A stretch of DNA of 63,301 nt, filler included. It is 12 parts of 12 records of this genome, joined end to end, with 100 filler letters (N's around TTAATTAATTAA, not from the genome) between each part and the next. Parts side by side here need not be neighbours in the genome. Positions count along the whole stretch, not along the records: positions 22,515 to 28,235 come from SRR7504441_10416; positions 28,336 to 33,371 come from SRR7504441_10424; positions 33,472 to 37,487 come from SRR7504441_10428; 9 more parts are not named here. One strand, 5' to 3'. The first letter of the stretch is position 1; each line of letters begins with the position of its first letter. The notes beneath the pieces were generated by a model that made no database searches, was not told the origin of the DNA, and saw nothing but the letters and a program-made list of their open reading frames with translations. The position numbers were made by a program, and so were the translations under genes. Positions 25,501-37,587 of the stretch are shown piece by piece.

Positions 25501-26901
25501 ACACCCAAAGAAATGCCAACAGTCGACTGTGTGAGCGGAGAGAGTGCAATGTCTCGAGAGAATCAGCTGGGCAACTCGCGAGGCACATCAACAAACCGCA
25601 AGGAGATGGAAGCAGCCATTCCGCACGGAGTCAACGCCAATCGTTACATCTGGAAGATGCCTGAACACATCAACGAGAACTGCGTGCTCCGACTCCGGTA
25701 CAACATTTCGACAGCAGACTATTTTGCATGGAATAATGAAGGCCAACCAATGACAGATGCACGCCACAACCAGAATCGGAACTCTGGCAGTTCAAACAGC
25801 CCAGTGGTACAGGATCCGTATCTGGGGATTGGCACCGACCCGACTAAGTCCTTCCTCTCCCTCGCAGTGAATACCAACCAGTACGGTCGCACCTTCCAGG
25901 ACCGCTCCTATGTGTTTGCAATCCGGCCCAGGCCACAGGGGATGCCTGCAACCGCCAAGATTTACAATGTTAATGTACGAGGCAAGCGCGGCAACATTGT
26001 GCAAACTTACCCTGCAGTGGAGTACGACTTTGTGCCTAACGATTTGTGCATTGACAAGGACGATTTTGTGCACTTCCAGTGGACTGGGTCGGACTACAAC
26101 CCCCAGCGCAACCCTAATGATGCTGAAGGCGGTGGCGACAGCCTCGACCAGAACCAGGCACGCAGGGCCGACCGCAGCAACATCGTCGACATGGATTCGC
26201 TCCCAAAGAAGCAGTGGCGGCGCTCTCCCAGCGGGACCGGACTCAGCGGCGCAGGTCAGCGGCATGCGGCGGTGGACTCAGGACACGCCTATCCTGCCGG
26301 TTCGTTGCAGGACTGGCAGAACCTTGACACGAAGTATACTGGCATGTTCTGGGGCGAGGATGGCAAGCCGGATCAGAAGATGATTATGAAGATGGGATTC
26401 CTGGACCAGATTGAAAACCTCAAACTGCAGGGCCAGCAGTGCCTCTCTCCCGAACAGCTAAGTCAGCTCAATCAGAATGCACGCGAGAGAGATCCGCGAA
26501 ACTGTGCCAAGCTCAATGCAGCAGGGATGGACAAGCAGACCGGCCAGCGTGGGCCTTATTTCGATGGCGGTATAGTCAAGATGCGCAAGGCGGGCCGGTT
26601 CGGGTACATGGGCACCAGAAACTACAACTTTTCCAATAGGAACCAGGCGGGCAGCATCTGTGTCAAACAAGGCACACAAGGAACTTGTGCTGCCAACGCC
26701 GGCTGTGAGGAGACAAAGGAACGCGAGCTGCTAGGCAAATTCAAAGAGGAGGACCCAACTGGCAAGAGGAAGGCAACCAAACTGGCAGACAAGAATAATG
26801 CTCACAAGCGTCTGGCGAGCGAGAGCAAACAAACCCTAAGCTTGATGGCTCAACTAGAGGCGGCAAAGGCCGAGAATGCCAGGCTCAAGAAGCAGTTGTA
26901 A
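22515..26901 (+). CDS. DD3-3-like extracellular protein with inserted ShK-like Cys modules, Pro-rich linker, PA14-like and PAN/apple-like domains; 5' partial
   Basis: DD3-3-type motifs CPYYKAESSNVK, SRENQLGN, RLRYNIST, NTNQYGRTFQDRS, NVRGKRGNIVQTYPAVEYDFVP, HFQWTGS and TRNYNFSNRNQ. Probable intron 23248-23290. Confidence 0.75.
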
Positions 26902-27159
26902 ACGTGCAATTCGTGCAAAATACTTAAAAGCAGCGCTAGCTGGGTAGCAGCTTGGTGTATTTAACATATTCACAGATTTAATTAATGCATAAACATTTAT
27001 CAGAGTCTTTGTTAGCATGACATGAGTTGCGCGCACGAGTCTTCGTGTCGGTGCAACATTAGCGCCCAAATAAGTCCGGGCTACTTCAAGCTATGTATAG
27101 TTGGTAAAGCGTCAGAATCACTTGTAAAGTGTTGGGAATTCCGTGAGCTAGCGATCGCA

Positions 27160-28235
27160 TCAGAGCAACGACTTTGAGTTGTTGACGTGCTCGTGGATCA
27201 GTTGCCTCGAGTTGTAGCTGGTGTCGTCCAGCATTTGCTCCGGCACCACGTACGCAGCCATTGTCACCGCCATCCTGCCCCCAGCTCAACCCTCCCCACA
27301 CCTCACGCACCGATCTGCGCTAGCCAGGCCGACCGGCTCCTCGTCCTCGATCACGCCCTCGTCGTCCCACTTGTGCACGTCTAGCCTGGGCGAGGGTGGA
27401 TACTCGGTGTTGGAGAATAGAATGTCGTGCGGCTGCGAGCTAGTCGGTTGGCGCAGTTCGTCATGATCAGCTGCCGCTATAGAGTTGTATACCGAGCTCA
27501 TCTCCTGTGTGTCCGACCAGCGGCAGTAGCGCATAAAGTGCCAGATCCGGCGGGGGTGGGTGAAGAGCCAGAGCAGGCTGTACGACAGTATCCCGGCGGC
27601 CAGCCCGTTGGGGATCGAATTAGTGAACGGCATGATCACAATCGTGAGGAAAGCCGGCACGCTCTTCCGCATGTGGGTCCACGGGATGTCCTGTGCGTTC
27701 TTGGCCATCATCGCCCCGATCAGCACCAGCACGGGCGCAGTCGCCTGGGGCGGGATCGCTCCGAGCATCGGGGCGAAGAAGACGGAGCAGAGGAACAGCG
27801 CTGATACTGTCATTGCAGTGATCCCAGTCCGACCACCTTCCGAGATTCCAGCGGCCGATTCGATTCCAATTATAACTGGTGTCGACCCGATCAGCCCTGC
27901 CCCGGCTCAGCAGTGGCCGCCGCCCGGGGCACCGGCCAGAACGCTCCCTATCCCGCTGCCTATGAAGCCCCAGATCCCGCCTTCGACTGCTTTCGTCTCC
28001 TCATCTACCAGAGAGGCCATCTGCGGGGAGTCAGCCCAGTGCGGCCGGCGGCCAGATGCCTTGCCGAGGCCGTACATCACCCCAGCCATGTCGAGCAGCG
28101 CCACCAGTGTGAAGGTGACGATCGGGAGTATACCTGCATCCAGTCTCAGAACCGATAGCACGGGCGGCGCACAGCTGCTGTCCAGGTTGCTGAACCCGTC
28201 GGTAACAACCCCAACCGGGACCGAATCGAGCGCCG
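27160..28235 (-). CDS. AzgA-family (adenine/guanine) nucleobase permease; 5' partial
   Basis: IESAAGISEGGRTGITA, FFAPMLGAIPPQATAPVLVLIGAMM and PAFLTIVIMPFTNSI. Confidence 0.9.
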
Positions 28236-28475
28236 NNNNNNNNNNNNNNNNNNNNNNNNNNNNNNNNNNNNNNNNNNNNTTAATTAATTAANNNNNNNNN
28301 NNNNNNNNNNNNNNNNNNNNNNNNNNNNNNNNNNNTACCGCAATTCTCCTTAGTCGGTTGGCGATACGATTGTGTAGACAAGTACGAGTTGGTACAGGTC
28401 TACATGTACCTGTACCGTAGGAGAATAATGTTCAAAGACTAGACAGGTCGGGTGACACAAGCAAAAAGCCGGCAA

Positions 28476-31400
28476 ATGGAGCCGAAGAGGAGGCGACCAG
28501 CCCGTTCGGAGGCCGAGCTGGCGATCCGGGTGCCGGGCCAGCACGGCCTGCCCCGACTGCGGCCTGCAGGCGGCGCAGAAGCGGGTCGGCAAGGCGGTGT
28601 ACGCTCAACTGAAGCGGCTTCTCCCCGGGCTTTCGCAGGGCCGGATCGAGAACCGGGACACTCGCCGACAGGCCCCGGCTTGTCGGCTGATTGGCCGAGC
28701 CGGCTTGGCAGGTTCTCGAGTCTGCCGCCAAACAGGCGAGCGCCAACTGCAGCGAGAGCCACCGCGGCCAGGTGCACCGAGCCGGCCCTGGTGGCCAGCC
28801 GGTGGCAGACCTTGTGCAACCGGTGCAACACCAGCTTGGCGGCCTGCCGGTGCCTCCCGGCGGTGCTCCAGCGGAAGATCGAGGAGCTCGACTGCGGCAG
28901 ACCACCGCCCGCCCCGCCGAGGCTGTCCGCCTCGCCGGGATCGTCGCCTCGCCGGCTGGCTCCAGTGCGCGGTGAGGCCGCTGGGTGCGCTTCGGGCGAG
29001 CGGGCGGGCAGCTGGGCCTTTCAAACCGATGCTGCCGACGCGTGAGGAGCTGTTTGGGCACGAGGCGGCGCTGTACGCGGGGCTGCAGCCGAATGAGCTC
29101 AGCCGGGAGTGGGGCCTGCCGCTGGTGCCGGAGTACTGCCACATGCACTTCCACCTGCTCCGGGCCGACTTTGTGGCCCAGTTCAGGTGCCGCCCCTGCT
29201 GGCGCAGGCCTGACGCAGACTGGGCAGGCAAGAGGTGGACCTGTGGCTGCGGCGCGGCGACTACGAGCTCCGGGAGACGGATGGGCAGGACGCTCAGCAC
29301 AGAGTGGCCGCGCTTTGCTCGGACGTGACGGTCAGCAACGCCACCGTCTGCCCGACTGGAGTGCCGGTGCTCATGCTGAGCTACACGTGCGCCGAGCCCA
29401 AGGACTGGATGGTGGGCAACTTAGTGATGCTGGTGGCCACCAAGCAGCTGGCGGACCCGGACCCGATCTTCGGGATTGTGCAGTACTCGTCGGACGGATC
29501 GGACGAGCTGGGCGTGCAATTCGAGCCGGACCAGATGCGTAAGCTGGACATGTGCGCGAGCTACTGCATGCTCGAGTCGCCCGGGTACTGGGGCGCGTAC
29601 GAGCCGGTGCTCGAGTGGCTCGAGAAGCAGGAGATCAGCCAAGTCCCGATCGCGCAGCCGCTCATCTCCGGCCGCAAGATTGCTCCGCCGGCTTATCTGA
29701 ACGAGGCTCCGATCTCGATCTCGCCGCTGTATGAAGACGCGTATCGAGTAGCAGGCAAGCGGTATGAGGCGAGCGGGGTGTGGCCTCACGAGGACCCTGT
29801 GCTGACCCACCCACCCAAGATGATTCTAGACGCCTCCCAGACAACCGCCATGCGAGCCATCCTCTCGTCCAATGTGGCGCTGGTGCAGGGCCCTCCCGGG
29901 ACTGGCAAGTCGTTCCTCGGAGTGAAAGCAGCCCAGATCTTCCACAAGGCGCTGTTTGCGCGCGGACACCTCGAGCCGATCCTCGTGGTCTGCCTGACCA
30001 ACCACGCGCTGGACCAGTTCCTCGAGGACATGCTGCCTCATATGCCTCGGCTGCTAAGGTTTGGTGGCATGTCTCGATCTACCAACGAGGAGCTCAAGGC
30101 GAGAGTGATAGGCAAGATAGAGCTCCCAGCTGGCAAGAAGGATTGGCTGCGGGCCACCAAATCCAAACTCGTCCAGCAGGCAGACTCGCTGCACAGGCTG
30201 TGGCAGATGTACAAATGGGAAGATACCGAGGCGCTGTGCCTGCTGGCCCACTGCATGCATCCAGAGTTTGTTGAACGATTCGCAGCTGCTCCTAGCCACG
30301 AGCCGAATTTGCTGGACATTAGCGAGCATGTGCGCACAGATAGACTGATCGTGGGTCAGATCCCGAGCATGGCCACAGCCGACCAGCTGGCAGCGCTCTT
30401 TGCGCAATTCGGTCGGGTCGTGGAATGCGCCTGCCAGATAGATCCACACACACAGCGCAACCCTGGGTTTGGATTTATCAGATTCGAGCGAGCCGAGGCG
30501 GTCGAGCGTGCAATCCGCGAGCACCGCAGGCGGCCGCTAGTGCTCGACAGGTCGGAGATCGTGCTGGACAAGGCAGTCGGGGCGGCGGGTGAGGGGCGGC
30601 CTGAAGAGTGTTCAAGAAAGCAGCCCTCGAGGGAGCTGACACTGCTGATGCTGGTGGAAACCATTCAAGGCTGGCTGAGGTCCTGCCAGGAGCTGGGGTG
30701 GCACTGACTGGCCGAGGCTAGGGTGCACCACAGTTGGCGAGACAAGGAAATGATCACCAGTGCATTAGACAAGGCTGCTGCAATGCCTGAGGACTTGCTG
30801 CCCAAGCTGAGGGCGGTGGCAGCCCAGCTTGAGGCTTGGATGAGCATGCTGTGCAGGTGAGTCATGATGTGCTTGGGCCATTGCTACGTGCAGACCTCTG
30901 GCAGATGCCTCTGGAGCAGAGGTGCCTCGGTCAGCCATGCACCTTGCCAGGAGCAATCGCAGGTGGTGGGCGATTAAATCTCTAGAAACTGGGTTTGCTG
31001 GTGCTCTGAATCTCGACATCAAGAGCAGGCTGCTTGGAATGCAGGCCCAGCACCAAAAGTGCGCCCGGGCTCGCTGGCTCGGCTAGCCGCTACAGGTACT
31101 TGGATGCCAAGCTCAGCTGCGACGAGTTTCTGTGTTTCCAGAAGACACCGCTTATTGGGATGACAGCGAATTACGCTGCCCGGCATCGCGCTCTGCTCCG
31201 CAAGCTCAAGGTAGCTAGCTGGCTGGGGGCTTGGGCGAGGTTGTGGGGTAGCCGAGGGTTTGTATTGTGGAGGAGGCAGGCGAGCTGCTTGAGGGTCAGC
31301 TGCTGGCTTGCCTTGCCTCGCCTCTGCTCGAGCACCTGGTGTGCAGCTCTGTTGTGAGCTGGTGTGAGCCAGGGCCAGGTGCTCATAGGCGACCACCAGC

Positions 31401-32445
31401 AGCTCCGGCCAAAGGTGAGCGACTACAAGCTGGAGAAGGACTACCATCTGGACATCTCGCTGTTTGAGCGATTGCTCGGCACCGGCGCCCGCAAGAGCTC
31501 TCTCTCCATACAGCTCCGGATGAGACCCGAGATATGCGACTTGGTCAGGCCATTCTACACTCAGCTGTACGACCACCCGCGGGCAAGCCATGCCCTGGTG
31601 AGCAAAGACTGATTCAACAGCTGGGCAGGTGCGGACTCATCCGCCGTTTAACGGAGTCAAGAGCAATGTTTTCTTCCTGACCCACACCGAACTCGAGGAT
31701 GAGGTGTTCCGCACCTCAAGCAAGCGCAACAGCCACGAGGCGCGGTTGCTGGTCAAAATGGTCGAGTACCTGGTGATCGTCAAGCGCTACGCCCCGTCCG
31801 AGATAACGCTGCTCACCCCATATTTGGGCCAGAAGCGGCTGTTCAAGGAACTTCTGGTTGAGTCGGACAACTCGAGGTGGGTGCTCCCTACGAATTCATG
31901 GCGGCGATCGAGGGGGCGGCAGGGAGGACGGTGTTTGCCTGGCGCCTCCACTCGGGCCCGTCGAGATCCAACAAGACAAACCTGGCGACCAGATGCCGGA
32001 GTCCGGCCCCAGCGAGCATGTGGTGGTGGCCACGATTGATGACTATCAAGGCGAGGAGAACAAGGTTGTGCTGCTGTCTCTGGTGAGAAGCAATGACGCT
32101 GGAAAGCTCGGATTCGTGTCCATAGAGAATCGCATTATTGTGGCCTTGTCGCGGGCGCAGCATGGAATGCTTATTGTAGGGAACGGGGCTCAGATGGCTG
32201 CAGGCTCGCCATTGTGGGCCCGCACGATTAATCAGATGACCGCAAACAGGAACTATGGAGAACGGCTCCATCTGACTCACGGACAGCTGCCGGGGGTGGG
32301 GGTGATGGTCAGATCTGCAGATGAGCTTGGTAAAGTGGTCAGTGGGGACTACAAAAATTTGCCAGTGGTACACAAAGCAACAAACAAGCGGAGGCCAGGT
32401 GCGTCTAACCCAGCGTCGTCATCCAAGAAAAAGCATAAACTGTGA
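28476..32445 (+). CDS. ZNFX1-like SF1 (UPF1-family) RNA helicase with inserted RRM, about 8 introns
   Basis: HFHLLRADF, QGPPGTGKS, VVCLTNHALDQFLE, IGMT, VEEAGE, LIGDHQQLRP, ISLFERL, QLRMRPEI, TIDDYQGEE and NRIIVALSRA. Introns include 29187-29227, 30680-30721, 30857-30893, 31059-31095, 31211-31251 and 31339-31378. Confidence 0.85.
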
Positions 32446-32877
32446 TCATCTCCAACTACGTGTAGTGACTTGTTGCATTGGGTGCTATTGCCTATAGGCA
32501 AGCTTATGTGCGTACTGTACGCACAAGTATCATGGCTGTACAAGTCTCCAAAGGCCTATATCATCGGTTGTAGGAACGGTATACTCGCAATCGTACTCGT
32601 AATAGGTTGTAGATTACGTACGTTGTACTCGTAGTGCTACCGCAATACGGCTGTAAGTCAGATCCGTCCCGGCTTTGCAGGCTATTGTGCAGGTACTCAC
32701 AGCTACTCAATGTACTTTACTATTATTGACCGGCGCAGTATACTGTAAGTATACTGCACCCTGACTCGTACTAGCGTCAGTAAGTAGTCATGGCTGCTTT
32801 CTCAACTATGTGCTGTAATAGTTTCCATCACTCGCCGGGGTACGCATCTATCGATGGGCCACGGCCTCCGTTTGGCT

Positions 32878-33280
32878 TTAGCCGATCAGTGGTAGTAATA
32901 ATGGGGTATCCTCCGGGAGCACTGCACTGGGGTCGAGGCTGTCGCCTGCTCCGGGGCCATTCCGCAGCTCACCGCCCGCCCGGCGCTGAGCATGTGGTGG
33001 CGCATCAGAAGCATCTCCGGCGGGGTGCGCTGCCCCTGGGTCGGCAGCCGCACCGGGTAATGCGCGGTGGCCGGCCGGCCCCCGAACCTGTCGTAGCCGT
33101 CCACCATGACCTGCACCAAACTGACCCAGTGCGCTCGCAGCACGCTGCCACCTGCAGCATTTGGCTTCGCAGCAGCGGCTTGGGGTGTGGCCCGCCCAGG
33201 TAAGCGTCCGATAACGCCGGCTGCTGCAGCCGGCTGGCGCGGGGCACGCGGAACGTCCCCGCCGGCTCCTCCTGAGCCAT
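32878..33280 (-). CDS. Small hypothetical protein, multi-exon
   Basis: GC-rich island with an ATG and an approximately 41-nt GT-AG intron, flanked by AT-rich spacers; no motif recognised. Confidence 0.3.
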
Positions 33281-33538
33281 CTGCTACTTGTACAGCCGTA
33301 CAGTATACTATACAATACCAGTACCGTACATTATAGTTCCAACCAATACACACTTTGCCACATAGGGTAACNNNNNNNNNNNNNNNNNNNNNNNNNNNNN
33401 NNNNNNNNNNNNNNNTTAATTAATTAANNNNNNNNNNNNNNNNNNNNNNNNNNNNNNNNNNNNNNNNNNNNCCTCCCCGAGTTAGAGAACTGCGTCGGCG
33501 CTCCTCGAACGGATGAGATTATACTCTCAATGAGACCA

Positions 33539-35233
33539 TCAAGGGATCACGGACGGCAAGCCCGAGAGCGTCGGCGGGTTCCAACTAAATTTCAGGCTGT
33601 CGATGAGGAGGCAGCGCAGCCTGTGCTGCTCGGAGACCACCGTGTCCTCCTCCAGCCGGAGCATCAGCGCGCGTTCAGCCTCGGAGGTCACTGGCCAGTT
33701 CTCTCGAGGGCGCCCGGTGGCAATAAAGTTGAGCCAGTGGCTCCTCATCCGCTGTCCTAGTGCCTGCTCCGTAGCCGACAGGCCATCAGTGCCCCAGAAG
33801 ACGAACGAATTTGAGCCATGGAAGGCGCCAAGCCAGCGCTCGAGCTTGGCGGTGACCAGGCGAGTGATCCACCGGGGCACCCAGCTATAATTGAGCCCGA
33901 ACGCCGTGACCGGGTCATGCAAGACAGCGTCAAACAAGTACCGGTACCGCCGATCTGGCTGGGCCCGCGCCACGCGCAAGGTAGGGCAGCCGAAGTAAGC
34001 GTCGGTGGTGAGCGCGTAGAATGCCTTGGCTGCGCTGCGGTTAAAGTGCTGGGGCGAGTAGAGTCCCAGAAGGGCGAGCCGCTCTGCCAGCGAGGCTGCA
34101 GGGAATAGCCGCCGCAGGGCCAGCTCCATCGCGGTTTGGGAGATTGCCGGGAGCCCTGCAAGGTTAGGGAGCAGCTCGGGGAGTGTGAATGCAAGGAACA
34201 TCGAAATGTCGTCAGAGTTGTGCCCGAGCAGCATGGGCAGCGGCTGGGCGAGTCCCTTGCTGAAGAATTCTTTAAGCGAGCTGTTCACTGGGAGCTCGAA
34301 CCCATCAGCCACAGGCACCTGCAGCGCCCGCATGCTCTGGTTGTAGACAGAGGTCTGCAGATTGAGCAACCGCACCGCCGGCAGCGCGCGAAGGCAGCGC
34401 ATCCGACCCGGTCCCCGAGCACAGCCTAGCTGGTCTGCAAACTGCTCACCGGCGGCAAAAGCCTCGGTCAAAGACATTGAAAAGTCGTTGCCGGACATCG
34501 CGATCGACTGAGCGAACAGCCCGTGAGATCTGGGGAGCGCCGTGTGCGCGTAAACGGCCATGGCGCCCGCACTCTCGCCCATGATTGTGACCCGGCTTGG
34601 ATCTCCGCCGAATCGTGCAGCGTTGTTTTGGACCCACTGCATTGCGGCCCTCTGATCCTGAATGGCCCAGTTCCCCGCGGTGCCGCTCTCATTGAGCATC
34701 TCGGGCAGCGCCATGGCGCCGAACACCCCCACCCGATAATTGAACGCGATGTACACCACCCCGTCGGCGCAGATGGCAGACGCGTTGTTCGAGTCGCCGG
34801 TGCCCGCCAGGTACGACCCGCCGTAGATGTAGAGCAGCACCGGGTTGCGGGCGGTCAGGTTTGGGGATTGGACGTCCACGGTCAGGCAGTCCTCGCTCAT
34901 GTACCCGGCCGGATCGAGCGCCAGCTCCTCCAGCCGCTCCACCCAGCCAGCCCGGATCCCGAACGCGCCCGAGTCCGGCTGCTGCATGCACACCGGATGC
35001 TCGTTCCGCGTGCCGTCCCGCACCCCGGCCCACGGGGCAGCGGGTGAAGGCGGGCCGAACCGGCGGGCGGCGGCGAAGGGGATACCGTAGAATCCGACGC
35101 AGGCCCCATCGCCCGCCGCCCCGCGCACCAGTCCACCAGGCTCGGTGCGCACCACCGGGTTCTGGGGGGCGTCGCCGCCCCTGCCGCCTGCCGCCCAGAG
35201 CAGCAGCAGAAGCAGACCACCCCGCGGGCTCAT
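33539..35233 (-). CDS. Secreted type-B carboxylesterase/lipase, intronless
   Basis: Signal peptide, FYGIPFA, SEDCL, YIYGGSY, NYRVGVFG, FGGDPSRVTIMGESAG (catalytic Ser) and GAFHG. Confidence 0.93.
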   Translation of the reverse strand: MSPRGGLLLLLLWAAGGRGGDAPQNPVVRTEPGGLVRGAAGDGACVGFYGIPFAAARRFGPPSPAAPWAGVRDGTRNEHPVCMQQPDSGAFGIRAGWVERLEELALDPAGYMSEDCLTVDVQSPNLTARNPVLLYIYGGSYLAGTGDSNNASAICADGVVYIAFNYRVGVFGAMALPEMLNESGTAGNWAIQDQRAAMQWVQNNAARFGGDPSRVTIMGESAGAMAVYAHTALPRSHGLFAQSIAMSGNDFSMSLTEAFAAGEQFADQLGCARGPGRMRCLRALPAVRLLNLQTSVYNQSMRALQVPVADGFELPVNSSLKEFFSKGLAQPLPMLLGHNSDDISMFLAFTLPELLPNLAGLPAISQTAMELALRRLFPAASLAERLALLGLYSPQHFNRSAAKAFYALTTDAYFGCPTLRVARAQPDRRYRYLFDAVLHDPVTAFGLNYSWVPRWITRLVTAKLERWLGAFHGSNSFVFWGTDGLSATEQALGQRMRSHWLNFIATGRPRENWPVTSEAERALMLRLEEDTVVSEQHRLRCLLIDSLKFSWNPPTLSGLPSVIP

Positions 35234-35346
35234 GGCTCTCCAGCCGACCGTTGCTCATCAAGCGGCACAGCGCTACCGTAGGAGCACATGCGCAGCTGGT
35301 GGCGCAGGGCCCTGCGGCGGCGGGGGAGCAGCACGCCCAGGCCCTG

Positions 35347-37487
35347 ATGGAGTCTCCACCCCGGCGGCGCAGGGCCGCCCAGCGGTCTCGGTACGCCCCC
35401 CCGCCGGACCCCTTGTGAGCGGGCCCGCAGGCGGAGTCCGGAGCAGGCTGCCCTGGCCGCGCTGCTGGCCGAGACGTCGAGCCTTCTGGCCGAGGTACGC
35501 AAGCTACACCCGAGCACCTCGCCCGAGCCAGCCAGCGAGGCGGACCGGCCGGTCCGGGCCTGCCTAGTGCGGCGGCGCGGGCTGCTGCGTGCGGGCTTCG
35601 AGTTTGAGTCGGTGGAGGTCGGGTGCGTCGAGAGGAATCAGCTGGTGCTGGTGGAGGAGCAGCTGCGGCTGGGCGGCACTGTGCGCTGCCGACTGGTCTA
35701 CCCGAGGTGCCTGCAGCGGCGAGCCTGGTGAGCGGTGCTCGCAGGCGAGGCTGGTGCTCGGACGGGGTGCTGAGTGAGGTCGAGCTACCGCACGCCACGC
35801 TGGTTGAGCTGCGCCAGGCCATCAGCGCAGGCAGGCTGCCGGCCGACAGTGGGGGGTCTCCGGCAGCGATTGGGCTCGGGGCTGGTGTGGAGGCTAGTCC
35901 GGGAGCCAGTGACTCACCGGAGCAGCCGTGGGCGAGCGAAGGACTGGCGCAAGAGCACGGCTGGCCTCCGGTCGGGGAGGAGCAGACGTCGGATACAGGT
36001 AGCGCCAGCCCAACGCCAGAGCGCGGCCGCCGGAGCCAGCTGGGTGGGCGGGATGGGGCACGTGCTGTGGGATGGGGCGACAAGCTGGCTGCTGCGCTCG
36101 AGCGAGTGCCAGCGGACATGGAGCAGGGCAATGGAGTGGCAGTTGACGTGGAGCGCAGCGGGGCCTCTGTCTGCCCGGATAAGGGGAACAAGGACTCGGA
36201 ACCGGCCGAGCGGGCGCAGCTAGGAGGCGTCGCCCAGGAGGAGAGGGGCGTTTCAGCTGGGGATGACTTAGCGGCTGCCGCAGTGGTAAAGGAGACAGGC
36301 GGGGATAGGTTGGATGCACGTGGAATTGTGGCTGTGGCGCCATGTGCAAAGGTGGATTCGGAGGTGAGGGCGAGTGGAAGCAGAGGGATGAGTCGTGATG
36401 AGGAGCTTGCGGTAGCAGCTGATGACTCACAGGCAGTGATAAACGAGTCATCGCAGCCCCAGGGGGAGTCGGTCCAGCCGGATGCCAACTGCGAGACAGT
36501 CAAGGGGACTGAAGAGACAGTAACTGGGAGTGACCAGATACGAAGGGATAGCAGACATCGGTCAGATGAACTGGAAGCCGATCTGGATGAGATGCTCAGT
36601 GTGCATATTAGTGGAGGGGATCCAAACCAAGAGAGGCCCAGATCGCAAAGCATGCCGGTACGCGCCGAAGCTCAGCTTCAGCTGGAAGTCAGTGATCGCG
36701 AGGCCGAATTAACTGAATGGCTCAAGCAAGCAAACGCCGAGCTGTGCGAGGCGCAATCCACAGCCGCCACCTCGCCCAAGCATTCTGACCAGGACAAGAT
36801 ACAACACAGGGAAATGCAAGATCACATCAAAACACTTGAAGCTGCGATTGATGAGAATCGAGATGAGCTCACTGCGGTGAAATCAACCAGAGAAGAGGAA
36901 GCTACTGAGAGCCTGGTTTTTGACAACCGCAGAAGAATGAAAGACAGAGCAATGGCGGAGGATGAAGCGAAGCAAGGTGCTGTGGAGCAGCACGAAAGTA
37001 TCCATAATGCTGAATCCGCAGCCGAGGAAATGCCTGCTAGGCAAGTGCAAGCATCCGAGACAAATAGCATCCAGCAGGCGGGGTCGTCAAGCGCAGCTGT
37101 AGAGGCGCTCACTGCTCAGGTGAAGCTTCAACTCGATGCGCAGCAGCTTCAGTTCGAAGCTCAATTGAAAGCCCAGTATGAGCAGATCCAGCTCTTGATA
37201 CAGGAGGAGGCCGACAGAAGGAAAGCTGCTGCTGATGAGGAAGCCAGCAGGAAGGCTGCCGAGGAAGAAGCGCGTAAAAAGGCTATTGCAGAGGAAGATG
37301 CCCAGAGAAAGGCTGTTGCTGCCAATGAGGAGGCCGTGAGGAAGGCAGCCGAGGAGGAAGCTCGGGAGAAAGCCGCAACGGCCTTCCTCCTGGCCAAGCA
37401 GAAGGCTGTAGAGTCAGAGATTGAGGCCAAGAGAAGGAACGCCGAGGAGGAAGCATCGAGGAAGGCAGTTGAAGAAGAAGCATCGAG
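35347..37487 (+). CDS. Low-complexity coiled-coil / E-A-R-K-rich repeat protein; 3' partial
   Basis: Long ORF 35623-37487 with repeated EEA.RKAAEEE units; start uncertain. Confidence 0.55.
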
Positions 37488-37587
37488 NNNNNNNNNNNNN
37501 NNNNNNNNNNNNNNNNNNNNNNNNNNNNNNNTTAATTAATTAANNNNNNNNNNNNNNNNNNNNNNNNNNNNNNNNNNNNNNNNNNNN

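Noticed and set aside
34689-36653. 654-aa minus-strand ORF and other long antisense ORFs (e.g. 46185-47093, 42870-43913)
   Set aside because: Shadow frames of GC-rich coding DNA, with no motifs and overlapping well-supported genes.
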